Part shown: positions 49,245 through 58,767 of the stretch, piece by piece
Layout: each line of letters opens with the position of its first letter
Numbering within the stretch: position 1 is the stretch's first letter
Source of the DNA: Prevotellaceae bacterium UBA6417
GTDB lineage: Bacteria > Bacteroidota > Bacteroidia > Bacteroidales > Bacteroidaceae
Length of the DNA: 64,000 nucleotides
Direction of reading: 5' to 3'
NCBI GenBank assembly: GCA_002439755.1
Contig: DJPH01000014.1
Coordinates: 18,577-82,576 of the forward strand
Notes under the pieces: generated by a model
The model's input: the letters and a program-made list of their open reading frames with translations, nothing else
Databases searched by the model: none
Told to the model about the DNA's origin: nothing
Program-made: the position numbers and the translations under genes

Positions 49245-49766
49245 ATGGATTATAACACCGAAAGAGAAAGACTGATATTGCCCGAATACGGCCGCAACAT
49301 ACAGAACATGGTTGACTATGCCCTCACAATAGAAGACCGCAACCTGCGCCAGCGATGTGCAGTGACCATCATCCGGATAATGGGACAAATGTATCCCGCC
49401 ATCAAGGAAATGCCCGATGCAGATGAAGTGCTTTGGAACCATCTGGCCCGCATGTCGCGATATCAACTCGACATAGATTACCCCGTAGTCATAGACCAGG
49501 AAAAGGACGTAAACGCCAAACCTGCACCCATGCCTTACCCGATGACAAAGATACGCTACCGGCACTACGGCCATCTGATCGAGGCTTTGCTGAAAAAAAC
49601 AGAAGAAATGGAAAGCGGCAAAGAGCGTGACGCTCTCCTCGGACTCGTGGCAAGCCAGATGAAAAAAGACCTTTTCTATTGGAACAAGGACGCACTGAAC
49701 GACAAGAAAATCGCCAACGACATAGCCGGTTACACCGACGGCAAGATACGGATTGACGTAAAGTGA
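49245..49766 (+). CDS. DUF4290-like hypothetical protein
   Basis: Begins MDYNTERERLILPEYGRNIQNMV, one nt after the tsaB stop. This is a conserved Bacteroidetes small protein pattern. Confidence 0.5.
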   Translation: MDYNTERERLILPEYGRNIQNMVDYALTIEDRNLRQRCAVTIIRIMGQMYPAIKEMPDADEVLWNHLARMSRYQLDIDYPVVIDQEKDVNAKPAPMPYPMTKIRYRHYGHLIEALLKKTEEMESGKERDALLGLVASQMKKDLFYWNKDALNDKKIANDIAGYTDGKIRIDVK

Positions 49767-49790
49767 CAGCGGCAAAACAGCACACGGCGC

Positions 49791-51095
49791 ATGGCATCAT
49801 TTATCATTGAAGGCGGTCATCGGCTGGAAGGCGAGATTGTACCCCAAGGAGCGAAAAACGAAGCCTTGGAAGTCATTTGTGCAACTCTGCTGACTCCCGA
49901 GAAAGTCACTATAAAGAACATACCCGAAATTCTCGATGTTCACCATCTCATAACCCTGATGCGCAAGCTCGGGGTTAAAGTCAAAAAGACTTGCAATGGC
50001 GAATATACGTTTCAGGCAGATGGCATAGATTTAGACTACATCCATACACAGGAGTTCCTCAACAAATGCGCAGCGTTGCGTGGATCTGTAATGCTTGCAG
50101 GTCCCTTATTGGCTCGTTTCGGCCAAACAGTCCTGGCAAAACCGGGTGGTGATAAGATAGGTCGCAGGCGTATGGATACACACATCCAAGGCTTCGAAAA
50201 GCTGGGTGCAAAGTTTCAAGTCGACACAACCAACTCCTATTATATAATAGAAGCAGAGCAGCTCAAGGGAACCTACATGCTGCTTGACGAGGCATCCGTG
50301 ACCGGAACTGCAAACATCATAATGGCAGCTGTGCTGGCCCAAGGCACAACAACTATATACAACGCAGCTTGCGAACCCTACATACAGCAGCTTTGCCACC
50401 TGCTCAACGCCATGGGCGCTTGTATAAGTGGGGTGGCATCAAACCTGCTGACCATAACCGGCGTCAAGGCATTGCACGGTGCCGCACACAAGATATTGCC
50501 CGATATGATTGAAGTGGGAAGCTTCATCGGTATGTCGGCCATGTTGGGCGGAGGCCTTACCATCAAAGATACTTCCATAAACAACCTGGGCATCATACCC
50601 AGGGCCTTTCAGCGTCTGGGCATACAATTGGAGTTCCAGGGCGAAGACATTGTAGTGCCTCCTCAGGAACATTATCAGATAGAATCCTTCATTGACGGCT
50701 CTTTCATGACCATCGACGATGCTCCCTGGCCCGGACTCACGCCCGATTTGTTAAGCGTATTGATCGTTGTGGCAACGCAGGCAAAAGGTTCCGTGCTGTT
50801 TCATCAGAAGATGTTTGAAAGCAGGTTGTTCTTTGTAGACCGCCTAATTGACATGGGAGCCCAGATAATATTGTGCGATCCTCACCGTGCCGTTGTTGTC
50901 GGCCATGACCATGAAATGCGGCTTCGTGCCCGCAGGATGGCATCTCCCGACATACGTGCCGGCATTGCATTGCTCATAGCTGCATTGAGTGCAGATGGCA
51001 TAAGTCGCATTGACAATGTTGAACAGATAGACCGCGGTTACGAGAGTATCGACCGGCGACTCAACTTATTGGGAGCTAATATAGGGCGCGAATGA
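49791..51095 (+). CDS. murA: UDP-N-acetylglucosamine 1-carboxyvinyltransferase
   Basis: The GEIVPQGAKNEAL motif and an overall EPSP-synthase-fold pattern. 434 aa. Confidence 0.9.
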   Translation: MASFIIEGGHRLEGEIVPQGAKNEALEVICATLLTPEKVTIKNIPEILDVHHLITLMRKLGVKVKKTCNGEYTFQADGIDLDYIHTQEFLNKCAALRGSVMLAGPLLARFGQTVLAKPGGDKIGRRRMDTHIQGFEKLGAKFQVDTTNSYYIIEAEQLKGTYMLLDEASVTGTANIIMAAVLAQGTTTIYNAACEPYIQQLCHLLNAMGACISGVASNLLTITGVKALHGAAHKILPDMIEVGSFIGMSAMLGGGLTIKDTSINNLGIIPRAFQRLGIQLEFQGEDIVVPPQEHYQIESFIDGSFMTIDDAPWPGLTPDLLSVLIVVATQAKGSVLFHQKMFESRLFFVDRLIDMGAQIILCDPHRAVVVGHDHEMRLRARRMASPDIRAGIALLIAALSADGISRIDNVEQIDRGYESIDRRLNLLGANIGRE

Positions 51096-51619
51096 TAAAG
51101 GATAACGACGTTTTCAGGATTGGAACCATACAGCGTCCTCATGGCCTGCACGGTGAGGTGGAGATGCGATTCACCGATGATGTGTTTGACCGCTCCGATT
51201 GCGAATACCTGTTTCTTAGGATAGAAGGGCTGTATGTTCCCTTTTTCATGGAAGAGTATCGCTTCAAGAGCAACGAAGCTGTCATAATGAAGTTCGAACG
51301 TGTCGACGATGAAGCAGCCGCAAGGCGCATCAGTGGCACCGAAGTGTTCTTTCCTTTGAGCGAGACGGTAGGCCATTCCGAGGCTCCGCTCACGTGGAAC
51401 TTCCTGACGGGTTTCACTGTCTTTGACTCTGTTGCCGGCGAGATTGGCATTATACAGTCGGTCGATTCGTCCAATGCCAACATACTTCTTCATGTGCAGA
51501 GAATAGACGGCACGGAGGTATTGTTGCCATTGCACACCGATTTGGTCGTGGGCTGTGACGAAAAGAAACGCTGTCTGACACTCAGCCTTCCCGAAGGCCT
51601 GTTATCCTTAAACAACTGA
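51092..51619 (+). CDS. rimM: 16S rRNA processing protein RimM
   Basis: The N-terminal IGTIQRPHGLHGEV motif and a PRC-barrel C-terminus. ATGA overlap with murA. Confidence 0.85.
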   Translation: MIKDNDVFRIGTIQRPHGLHGEVEMRFTDDVFDRSDCEYLFLRIEGLYVPFFMEEYRFKSNEAVIMKFERVDDEAAARRISGTEVFFPLSETVGHSEAPLTWNFLTGFTVFDSVAGEIGIIQSVDSSNANILLHVQRIDGTEVLLPLHTDLVVGCDEKKRCLTLSLPEGLLSLNN

Positions 51620-51626
51620 CTCATCC

Positions 51627-52784
51627 ATGAAGAAACGCATAGCAATACTGGGTTCTACAGGCTCCATTGGCACTCAGGCCCTTCAAGTGATATCCGAACA
51701 TCCCGATTTGTTTGAAGCCGAAGTGCTCACTGCCAACAACCAGGCCGCTCTTCTCATAGAGCAGGCCCGCCGGTTCAGGCCCAATATGGTAGTGATTGCC
51801 AATGAAGACCTCTACGAAACGGTCTGCCGGGGCTTAGACGATTTGCCCGTCAAGGTCTATTGTGGCGAGGCTGCCCTTTGTGAGGTTGTCGAGAGCGATA
51901 CGGTAGATGTCGTGTTGACTGCTTTGGTGGGCTTTGCCGGTTTGCAGCCAACCATTCATGCCATTCGAGCCCGCAAGCAGATAGCATTGGCAAACAAGGA
52001 GACCCTCGTTGTTGCAGGTGAGCTGGTCACACGTCTGGCACAGCACTATAGGGTCCCTATATTGCCCGTCGACAGTGAGCATTCGGCCATTTTCCAATGC
52101 CTGGCAGGTGAGGGAGATAATGCCATAGACAAGATTTTGCTAACCGCTTCGGGTGGCCCTTTCCGATGCTTATCCAAGGAAGAGTTGTCGCGTGTCACTC
52201 CCTCGCAAGCCTTGTGTCATCCCAACTGGCATATGGGGGCCAAGATCACCATTGACTCGGCCACGATGATGAACAAAGGCTTTGAAGTGATAGAGGCGCG
52301 CTGGCTTTTTGGCATCGGTCCGCAACAAATTGAGGTGCTTATTCACCCACAATCGGTGATACATTCGGCAGTTCAGTTTGAAGATGGTGCGGTAAAGGCC
52401 CAGCTGGGTGTACCGGATATGCGTCTTCCCATCCAATATGCCTTGACCTATCCCGACAGACTGCCGCTTTCGGGCCCGCGTCTCAATCTGTTTGATTTGG
52501 GAAGTCTCACCTTCGAGCGTCCCGATACCGACAGGTTTCCGTGTCTCAGTCTGGCCTACGAGGCCTTGGAGCGAGGCGGCAATACTGCCTGTGTGGTCAA
52601 CACGGCCAACGAGGTGATGAACCGTGCCTTCCGTGACGGGCTCATCGGATTTGCCGACATTTACCGCAACATCAGGCGTGTCATGGACTTGATTCCTTAT
52701 GATGCGCACCCCACTTTTGATACATATATTGCCACCGATGCCGAAGCACGCAGGGTGGCAGCAAGCATAATCCAACAACAGTAA
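51627..52784 (+). CDS. dxr: 1-deoxy-D-xylulose-5-phosphate reductoisomerase
   Basis: ILGSTGSIGTQAL, LANKETLV, VDSEHSA and HPNWHMG motifs. Confidence 0.95.
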   Translation: MKKRIAILGSTGSIGTQALQVISEHPDLFEAEVLTANNQAALLIEQARRFRPNMVVIANEDLYETVCRGLDDLPVKVYCGEAALCEVVESDTVDVVLTALVGFAGLQPTIHAIRARKQIALANKETLVVAGELVTRLAQHYRVPILPVDSEHSAIFQCLAGEGDNAIDKILLTASGGPFRCLSKEELSRVTPSQALCHPNWHMGAKITIDSATMMNKGFEVIEARWLFGIGPQQIEVLIHPQSVIHSAVQFEDGAVKAQLGVPDMRLPIQYALTYPDRLPLSGPRLNLFDLGSLTFERPDTDRFPCLSLAYEALERGGNTACVVNTANEVMNRAFRDGLIGFADIYRNIRRVMDLIPYDAHPTFDTYIATDAEARRVAASIIQQQ

Positions 52785-52789
52785 TATTT

Positions 52790-54181
52790 ATGGAAGCATT
52801 CCTGATAAGAGCATTACAGCTCATTTTGTGTTTTTCGATACTCATTCTTCTGCATGAGGGCGGCCACTTTTTCTTTGCCAAGCTCTTCAAGGTGCGTGTA
52901 GAAAAGTTCTGCCTATTCTTTGATCCTTGGAAGACATTGTTGAAGTTTCGTCCCAAGAAGTCAGATACCGAATATTGTCTCGGCTGGCTTCCGTTGGGCG
53001 GATATGTAAAGATCTCGGGCATGATTGACGAATCCATGGACACGCAACAGATGAAACAGCCGCCCCAGCCCTGGGAGTTTCGCTCCCATCCTGCCTGGCA
53101 ACGCTTGTTGATTATGCTGGGGGGTGTGCTGGTCAACTTTATATTGGCGCTGTTCATCTATTCCATGATTCTCTTTTATTGGGGCGAGACCTACATCCCG
53201 CTTGACCGGATGTCGAAGGGCATGCAGTTCAATAATGAGGCCAAGGCTTTGGGTTTTAAGGATGGCGACGTGTTGCTCTCGACCGATAAGCGTGCTTTCA
53301 AACGTTTTGACAGCAGCGAGAGCATAGGTTCGGTCTACCGTGACATCTCGTCGGCCCAGTATGTAACGGTGCTGCGCAACGGCCATAAGGTCAACGTGGA
53401 TATACCGGCCGATGGGCTCAACATGCTCAATATGTTCCGTGCCGTGCCACCTTTTGTGTCCACCTATGTGCCGTCTGTGATAGATAGTGTTGTAGCGGGC
53501 ACTCCTGCCGCCAAGGCAGGCATCTGCAAGGGAGACCGCCTGATGGCTTTCAATCAGTCCAAGGTGGTTACGTGGAATGACTTTAATGTGGCCATCCAAC
53601 AACTCAGTGACCGCCTTGTGGGTGCACCTACCGACGACAGCCTTGCGGCACGTCACGTCAGCGTGGTGGTGAGCCGTGCCCGCACCCATAAGATAGATAC
53701 CTTGAAGCTCATGCTGATGCCTTCCCTGACCATGGGGGTTATCAAGGCGAGCCCTTACACCATGTACAAGCCCGTCACGGTCAAGTATGGTTTCTTCGAG
53801 TCTATTCCGGCAGGCATCAATCACGGCATTGACGTGCTGGCAGGCTATGTCGACGACTTGAAATACCTGTTTACCAAGGAAGGAGCCCGCAGTGTAGGCT
53901 CGTTTGGTGCAATAGGCAGCATGTTTCCTACGTCATGGGATTGGCAGCGCTTTTGGGAGTTGACGGCTTTCATCAGCATCATCCTGGCCTTCATGAACCT
54001 GTTGCCGATACCTGCTCTCGACGGTGGCCATGTGTTGTTCCTGCTGTGCGAAATCATCACGCGCCGCAAACCGAGCGAAAAGTTCATGGAGCGCGCCCAG
54101 ATGGTGGGCATGATCATCCTGCTGGTGCTGATGGTCTATGCCGTCGGCAACGATGTGTTGCGCTTCATTTTCCATATGTAA
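52790..54181 (+). CDS. rseP: RIP (site-2) zinc metalloprotease RseP
   Basis: HEGGHF (HExxH), PDZ region and the C-terminal NLLPIPALDGG motif. Confidence 0.9.
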   Translation: MEAFLIRALQLILCFSILILLHEGGHFFFAKLFKVRVEKFCLFFDPWKTLLKFRPKKSDTEYCLGWLPLGGYVKISGMIDESMDTQQMKQPPQPWEFRSHPAWQRLLIMLGGVLVNFILALFIYSMILFYWGETYIPLDRMSKGMQFNNEAKALGFKDGDVLLSTDKRAFKRFDSSESIGSVYRDISSAQYVTVLRNGHKVNVDIPADGLNMLNMFRAVPPFVSTYVPSVIDSVVAGTPAAKAGICKGDRLMAFNQSKVVTWNDFNVAIQQLSDRLVGAPTDDSLAARHVSVVVSRARTHKIDTLKLMLMPSLTMGVIKASPYTMYKPVTVKYGFFESIPAGINHGIDVLAGYVDDLKYLFTKEGARSVGSFGAIGSMFPTSWDWQRFWELTAFISIILAFMNLLPIPALDGGHVLFLLCEIITRRKPSEKFMERAQMVGMIILLVLMVYAVGNDVLRFIFHM

Positions 54182-54229
54182 GAGGGCTGCGGCCCATCGC
54201 TTGCTATAACCGTTCTTTAGTGTACTCTT

Positions 54230-55912
54230 GTGAAATACAGATTTTTGCAGCTCTTATTGTGCCTTGTCTGCATTCCATTGTGGGCAGGCATACGGGTCAA
54301 TGGCCTGAGGCCTGCCTATGATTCCCTATGGAACATGTACCTTTATGCCTTGCCCGAGGGGTGTTTCCATGGCGACAGCTGCCGTCTGACCATTACGATT
54401 GACAGTGTGCAGCCCAACACTGTTTATTTTGTAGATGCCGAAGTGATCAGGGGCGATTCGCTTACCTTGGACATTATCCCCGCGAAGGCAATGACAGGCT
54501 GCCGCATTCTTTCAGTGTCGGCCGATACATTGCTGATCGACAGACTGATGTTTACGTCGCTTCCGATAGTGCAGCTGGAGGGTGAGTTCGGCTATGACTA
54601 TATGCAGGGACGTTTCGGGTTGCAGGCTGCCGATTCGCTGACTGCCGGACGGCTGTTGGCCAAAATAAAGTGGCGGGGCGGCTCAACCAACGGTGAAGGC
54701 AGGCACAAACGCAACTATCATGTCAAGTTTCTTGCTGATACGCTTGGCGGGGAACAAGAGGTGAACTTCATGGGTTTCAGGTCGAGCGACAGCTGGATAT
54801 TGGATGCGGCCCAGGTCGATTTGAGCAGAATCCGCAACAGGACGTGCACCGATTTGTGGAACGATTTTGCCCGCCGTCCCTATTATGCTGCCAAGGAACC
54901 CGAGGCACGCAGCGGTGCAAGAGGCCGTTTTGTAGAGCTCTTCCTCAACCATCGCTACATGGGAGTCTATTCTTTGGGCGAAGCCATCGACAGAAAGCAG
55001 CTCAAGCTGAAGAAATATAAGAATGAGGAGATAAGAGGGCAGCTGTGGAAAACCAAGGCATGGACGACAGATGTGACCATGTACGGAGTGCCCGAATATG
55101 ATAATGAGCAGGAAAGCATGGGCGGATATGAAACCAAGTATCCGAAGCTCGACAAGGCTTTTCCCACCGACTATTCGGTCATTCACAACGCCATCAGGCT
55201 GGTGGCCGAAAGCAACGACAGTGTCTTTGAGGCATGTGTGGGCGACTGTTTCGACTTGCCTGTGCTGACCGACTACTATGTGTTTCTTCATACTGTCTAT
55301 GCCATCGACAACAATGGCAAGAACATGTATTGGGCATGCCATGACAAGACCGTCTCGCCCAAGCTGACCTTGGCCGTGTGGGACCTTGATGCCACAATCG
55401 GGGGCAACGTGGATTGCAATGAAATCAGGACAGAGCCTTTGGCTCCCTGCAACGACTTTATGGACAGGTTTGGCTACCTGAATCTCCTCCGCCGGCTGTA
55501 TCAAGGCAATCTGTGCGGCTTCCGCGATGCCGTAAATGAACGCTTCTGGCAGTTGCGTGAGGGATGTCTGCACACCGATTCCCTGGTGGCGCGCTTCATG
55601 GGCAATATAGAGAAATTGCAGCTTTGCGGCGCAGCCGAGCGTGAAGAACGGCGGTGGAGCGGTGATTCTGACTTATGTTACAGGGAGCTTTGTCTACACG
55701 ACGAGGCTGCCTATATGGCGGATTGGATAAGGCGGCATATGCAGTTTCTCGACGAAGAAGTCTTTAATCGGAGTGCTTCGGCTGTACATTCCGTGAAGCG
55801 CGATGCGGCTCATCGCGATGTGGTGTACGACCTTTTCGGACGTCCTGTTGATACAGCCAGGATGTCGCCGGGTCTATACATCAGGAACGGACGTCTTTAT
55901 CAGAAGAAGTAG
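54230..55912 (+). CDS. secreted CotH-family (atypical kinase fold) protein
   Basis: GTG start and signal peptide. CotH-like blocks are present: RNYHVKF..., RFVELFLNHRYMGVYSLGEAIDRKQL, and DNNGKNMYWACHD...AVWDLDATIG. Confidence 0.55.
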   Translation: MKYRFLQLLLCLVCIPLWAGIRVNGLRPAYDSLWNMYLYALPEGCFHGDSCRLTITIDSVQPNTVYFVDAEVIRGDSLTLDIIPAKAMTGCRILSVSADTLLIDRLMFTSLPIVQLEGEFGYDYMQGRFGLQAADSLTAGRLLAKIKWRGGSTNGEGRHKRNYHVKFLADTLGGEQEVNFMGFRSSDSWILDAAQVDLSRIRNRTCTDLWNDFARRPYYAAKEPEARSGARGRFVELFLNHRYMGVYSLGEAIDRKQLKLKKYKNEEIRGQLWKTKAWTTDVTMYGVPEYDNEQESMGGYETKYPKLDKAFPTDYSVIHNAIRLVAESNDSVFEACVGDCFDLPVLTDYYVFLHTVYAIDNNGKNMYWACHDKTVSPKLTLAVWDLDATIGGNVDCNEIRTEPLAPCNDFMDRFGYLNLLRRLYQGNLCGFRDAVNERFWQLREGCLHTDSLVARFMGNIEKLQLCGAAEREERRWSGDSDLCYRELCLHDEAAYMADWIRRHMQFLDEEVFNRSASAVHSVKRDAAHRDVVYDLFGRPVDTARMSPGLYIRNGRLYQKK

Positions 55913-56218
55913 CAGGGCTTGGCAATTTAAGTTAATATATTGACAACTTTAACTGCTTAATTGTTAATTTTAAGTGCTGGATTTGTGCGGAATTTTTGTG
56001 CAAAACAGCACATAAAACCGGCTTTTCCGACCTTTTTACAGGCTGAAAATGCCGTTTCAAGCCTTGCAAAATGGCTCATAAGCCCCCTCAATTAGGTAAA
56101 ACAGCTGTGAAAAATCCGTTTTTCGGGTCTCATAAGATACTTTTTGCAGCCGTCGATTGGTGGTAGCAAGGTGGGTTTTCTGCCCGTTTGTGGCATGCCG
56201 TCACGGAGCATTGGGTGA

Positions 56219-56413
56219 GCGATGTGTACATGTCGAGGCTGCGATGTGTACAGTTTGTGCGTGCGATATGTACATGTCTCAGGTAGTGATGTGTACATAT
56301 CAGTGGGTGCGATGTGTACAGTTTGTGCGAGCGATGTGTACATGTGTGAGTAGCGATATGTACATATCGCAGGGTGTAATGTGTAGGGATCGTGCGTGCG
56401 ATGTGTACAGACC
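56219..56413. repeat. intergenic array D: nine tandem 22-23 bp units with a conserved GCGATGTGTACA head
   Basis: Unit starts are at 56219, 56241, 56263, 56286, 56309, 56331, 56353, 56376 and 56398. There are eight TGTACA cores and one perfect palindrome GCGATATGTACATATCGC (56353-56370). Confidence 0.9.
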
Positions 56414-56752
56414 TAAATGCCTGAAATGCTGATATATTATTCATTTACAGAATGTTTCCCTGTTATATCCCGCGGGGCTGCTTTTCTTGCTACGGATGTT
56501 TCCGGAGCTTTCAGCCGGTTTTGAGGTTTGAACAGGGGAGAAAGTGTCGCCTTTTGTGCCTTTAAAGCCTCTGAGAAGCCCGTCGGTTGGTCGGAAAAAG
56601 CCCGTGAAGGCAATTGCAGGTGGTATGGGAGACTTATCGAATTGTTAAAATTATTAATGCAAAATCACCCTAAAACCTGTTGCCGTTGCGGCCTCCGAAA
56701 GCCCGGCATGAGCAAAATGAGGGTGATATTTGCCCAAGCAACTGAATTGTTG

Positions 56753-56760
56753 TACCTTTG
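56753..56760 (+). promoter_or_regulatory. prfA promoter: -7 TACCTTTG with -33 TTTG at 56729-56732
   Basis: Exact TAnnTTTG with a canonical 20-nt spacer to TTTG, 37 nt upstream of the ATG at 56798. Confidence 0.6.
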
Positions 56761-56797
56761 CAGTAAAATCAACAGCATACAGATTCCCGACAGATAT

Positions 56798-57910
56798 ATG
56801 GCAGAAGAAAACTCGTTGCTCGACAAGCTCGACGGCTTGAAATCAAGGTTTGAAGAAATCAGTACGCTTATTACAGACCCCTCTGTTATAGGCGATCAAG
56901 GTCGCTATGTCAAGCTTTCCAAGGAGTATAAAGACTTGGAACGGCTGATGAATGCACGCACCGAATATGCCGCCCTGCTGCGTAACCTGAGCGAAAGCAA
57001 GAGCCTGCTGCTTTCGGAAGACGACCCCGAAATGAAAGAAATGGCTCGCGAAGAGATAGCAACCTGCGAAGCGCGCAAGCCGCAGTTGGAGGAAGAAATC
57101 AAGCTTCTGCTCATTCCGCAGGACCCCGAAGACGGAAAGAATGCCATACTCGAAATACGTGGAGGCACAGGAGGCGATGAGGCAGCCCTGTTTGCCGGCG
57201 ACCTGTTGCGCATGTATACAAAGTATGCAGAGCGCAAAGGCTGGAAAATGGAGATATCGAGTGCCAGCGAAGGAGCCGTGGGAGGCTTCAAGGAAGTGAT
57301 ATGCTACGTATCCGGCCAGGATGTCTACGGCACCCTCAAGTATGAAAGCGGCGTGCATCGCGTGCAGCGTGTGCCGGCCACCGAGACACAGGGCCGCGTG
57401 CATACATCGGCAGCCACCGTGGCCGTGCTGCCCGAAGCCGACCAGTTTGAAGTGCAAATCAACGAAGGTGAAATCAAATGGGACACATTCCGCTCCAGCG
57501 GAGCCGGTGGACAGAACGTCAACAAAGTGGAGTCGGGCGTACGTCTGCGCTACAACTGGAAGAACCCCAACACGGGCGAGGTGGAAGAAATTCTCATAGA
57601 GTGTACCGAAACCCGCGACCAGCCCAAAAACAAGGAAAGGGCCCTGTCGCGCCTGCGTACCTTTATCTACGACAAGGAACACCAGAAATATGTGGACGAC
57701 ATAGCCAACCGTCGCAAAACCCTTGTAAGCACCGGAGACCGCAGTGCAAAGATACGCACCTACAACTATCCCCAAGGACGTGTGACCGACCACAGGATAG
57801 GGTATACCATGTATAATCTGCCCGCATTCATGGATGGCGACATACAGGACTGCATAGACCACCTCATAGTGGCCGAAAACGCAGAACGAATGAAAGAAGC
57901 CGAATTATAA
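56798..57910 (+). CDS. prfA: peptide chain release factor 1
   Basis: RF1-specific PAT tripeptide ([10 protein letters not shown]) and the GGQ motif ([13 protein letters not shown]). The start is at MAEENS, downstream of the promoter box. Confidence 0.95.
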   Translation: MAEENSLLDKLDGLKSRFEEISTLITDPSVIGDQGRYVKLSKEYKDLERLMNARTEYAALLRNLSESKSLLLSEDDPEMKEMAREEIATCEARKPQLEEEIKLLLIPQDPEDGKNAILEIRGGTGGDEAALFAGDLLRMYTKYAERKGWKMEISSASEGAVGGFKEVICYVSGQDVYGTLKYESGVHRVQRVPATETQGRVHTSAATVAVLPEADQFEVQINEGEIKWDTFRSSGAGGQNVNKVESGVRLRYNWKNPNTGEVEEILIECTETRDQPKNKERALSRLRTFIYDKEHQKYVDDIANRRKTLVSTGDRSAKIRTYNYPQGRVTDHRIGYTMYNLPAFMDGDIQDCIDHLIVAENAERMKEAEL

Positions 57911-57921
57911 ACAACAAAAAT

Positions 57922-58758
57922 ATGACCAGACAGCAACTCATAGAAAACATACGCACAAAAGAGTCCTTCCTGTGTGTAGGTCTCGACAGCGATAGAAAAA
58001 AGCTCCCCCATCACCTCTTGGGAGACGACGACCCCCAGTTCAGCTTCAACAAAGCCATTATAGACGCCACCGCACCCTACTGCGTGGCCTACAAACCCAA
58101 CGTAGCCTTCTACGAATGTGAAGGCATACAGGGATGGACATCCTTGGAGAAAACAGTGGAATACCTGCGGCGTTACTATCCCGACCATCTCATCATTGCC
58201 GATGCCAAACGCGGTGACATAGGCAACACCTCAGCCATGTATGCCCGTTGTTTCTTTGAGGAACTCGGTGTGGATGCCGTAACCATAGCACCCTATATGG
58301 GCGAAGACAGTGTTTCACCCTTCCTGGGCTATCCCGGCAAATGGGTCATACTGCTGGCACTGACCAGCAACAAAGGCTCGCACGACTTCCAGATGAGAGA
58401 GACCAAGGACAGCCATGAACGGCTCTTCGAAACCGTCATCAGAAAAAGCCAATCATGGGCAGACGAACAGCAGATGATGTATGTCGTGGGAGCCACTCAG
58501 GGACAACTCTTTGAAGATGTACGCCGCATAGCCCCCAACAACTTCCTGCTCGTGCCCGGCGTAGGGGCACAGGGAGGGTCGCTCGAAGAGGTATGCCGAT
58601 ACGGAATGACCGACGACTGCGGCCTGCTGGTCAACAGTTCGCGAGGCATCATCTTTGCCGACAGCACCGAACACTTTGCAGCAACGGCAGCCGAAAAGGC
58701 CAAGGAACTGCAACAGCAAATGCGCCAGCAACTGCAGCAACGCCACATCGTGTCGTGA
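57922..58758 (+). CDS. pyrF: orotidine-5'-phosphate decarboxylase (type 2)
   Basis: CVGLDSD..., the [10 protein letters not shown] motif and PGVGAQGG. Confidence 0.9.
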   Translation: MTRQQLIENIRTKESFLCVGLDSDRKKLPHHLLGDDDPQFSFNKAIIDATAPYCVAYKPNVAFYECEGIQGWTSLEKTVEYLRRYYPDHLIIADAKRGDIGNTSAMYARCFFEELGVDAVTIAPYMGEDSVSPFLGYPGKWVILLALTSNKGSHDFQMRETKDSHERLFETVIRKSQSWADEQQMMYVVGATQGQLFEDVRRIAPNNFLLVPGVGAQGGSLEEVCRYGMTDDCGLLVNSSRGIIFADSTEHFAATAAEKAKELQQQMRQQLQQRHIVS

Positions 58759-58767
58759 CCTGAGCCG

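Noticed and set aside
56020-56602. An imperfect 13-nt inverted match (GGCTTTTCCGACC at 56020-56032 and GGTCGGAAAAAGCC at 56589-56602), plus shared short words (AAAACCGGCT, GGCTGAAA), flanking array D. This hints at terminal inverted repeats of a MITE.
   Set aside because: The match contains an indel and is short. No target-site duplication or longer terminal homology could be aligned by eye, so it could be chance.
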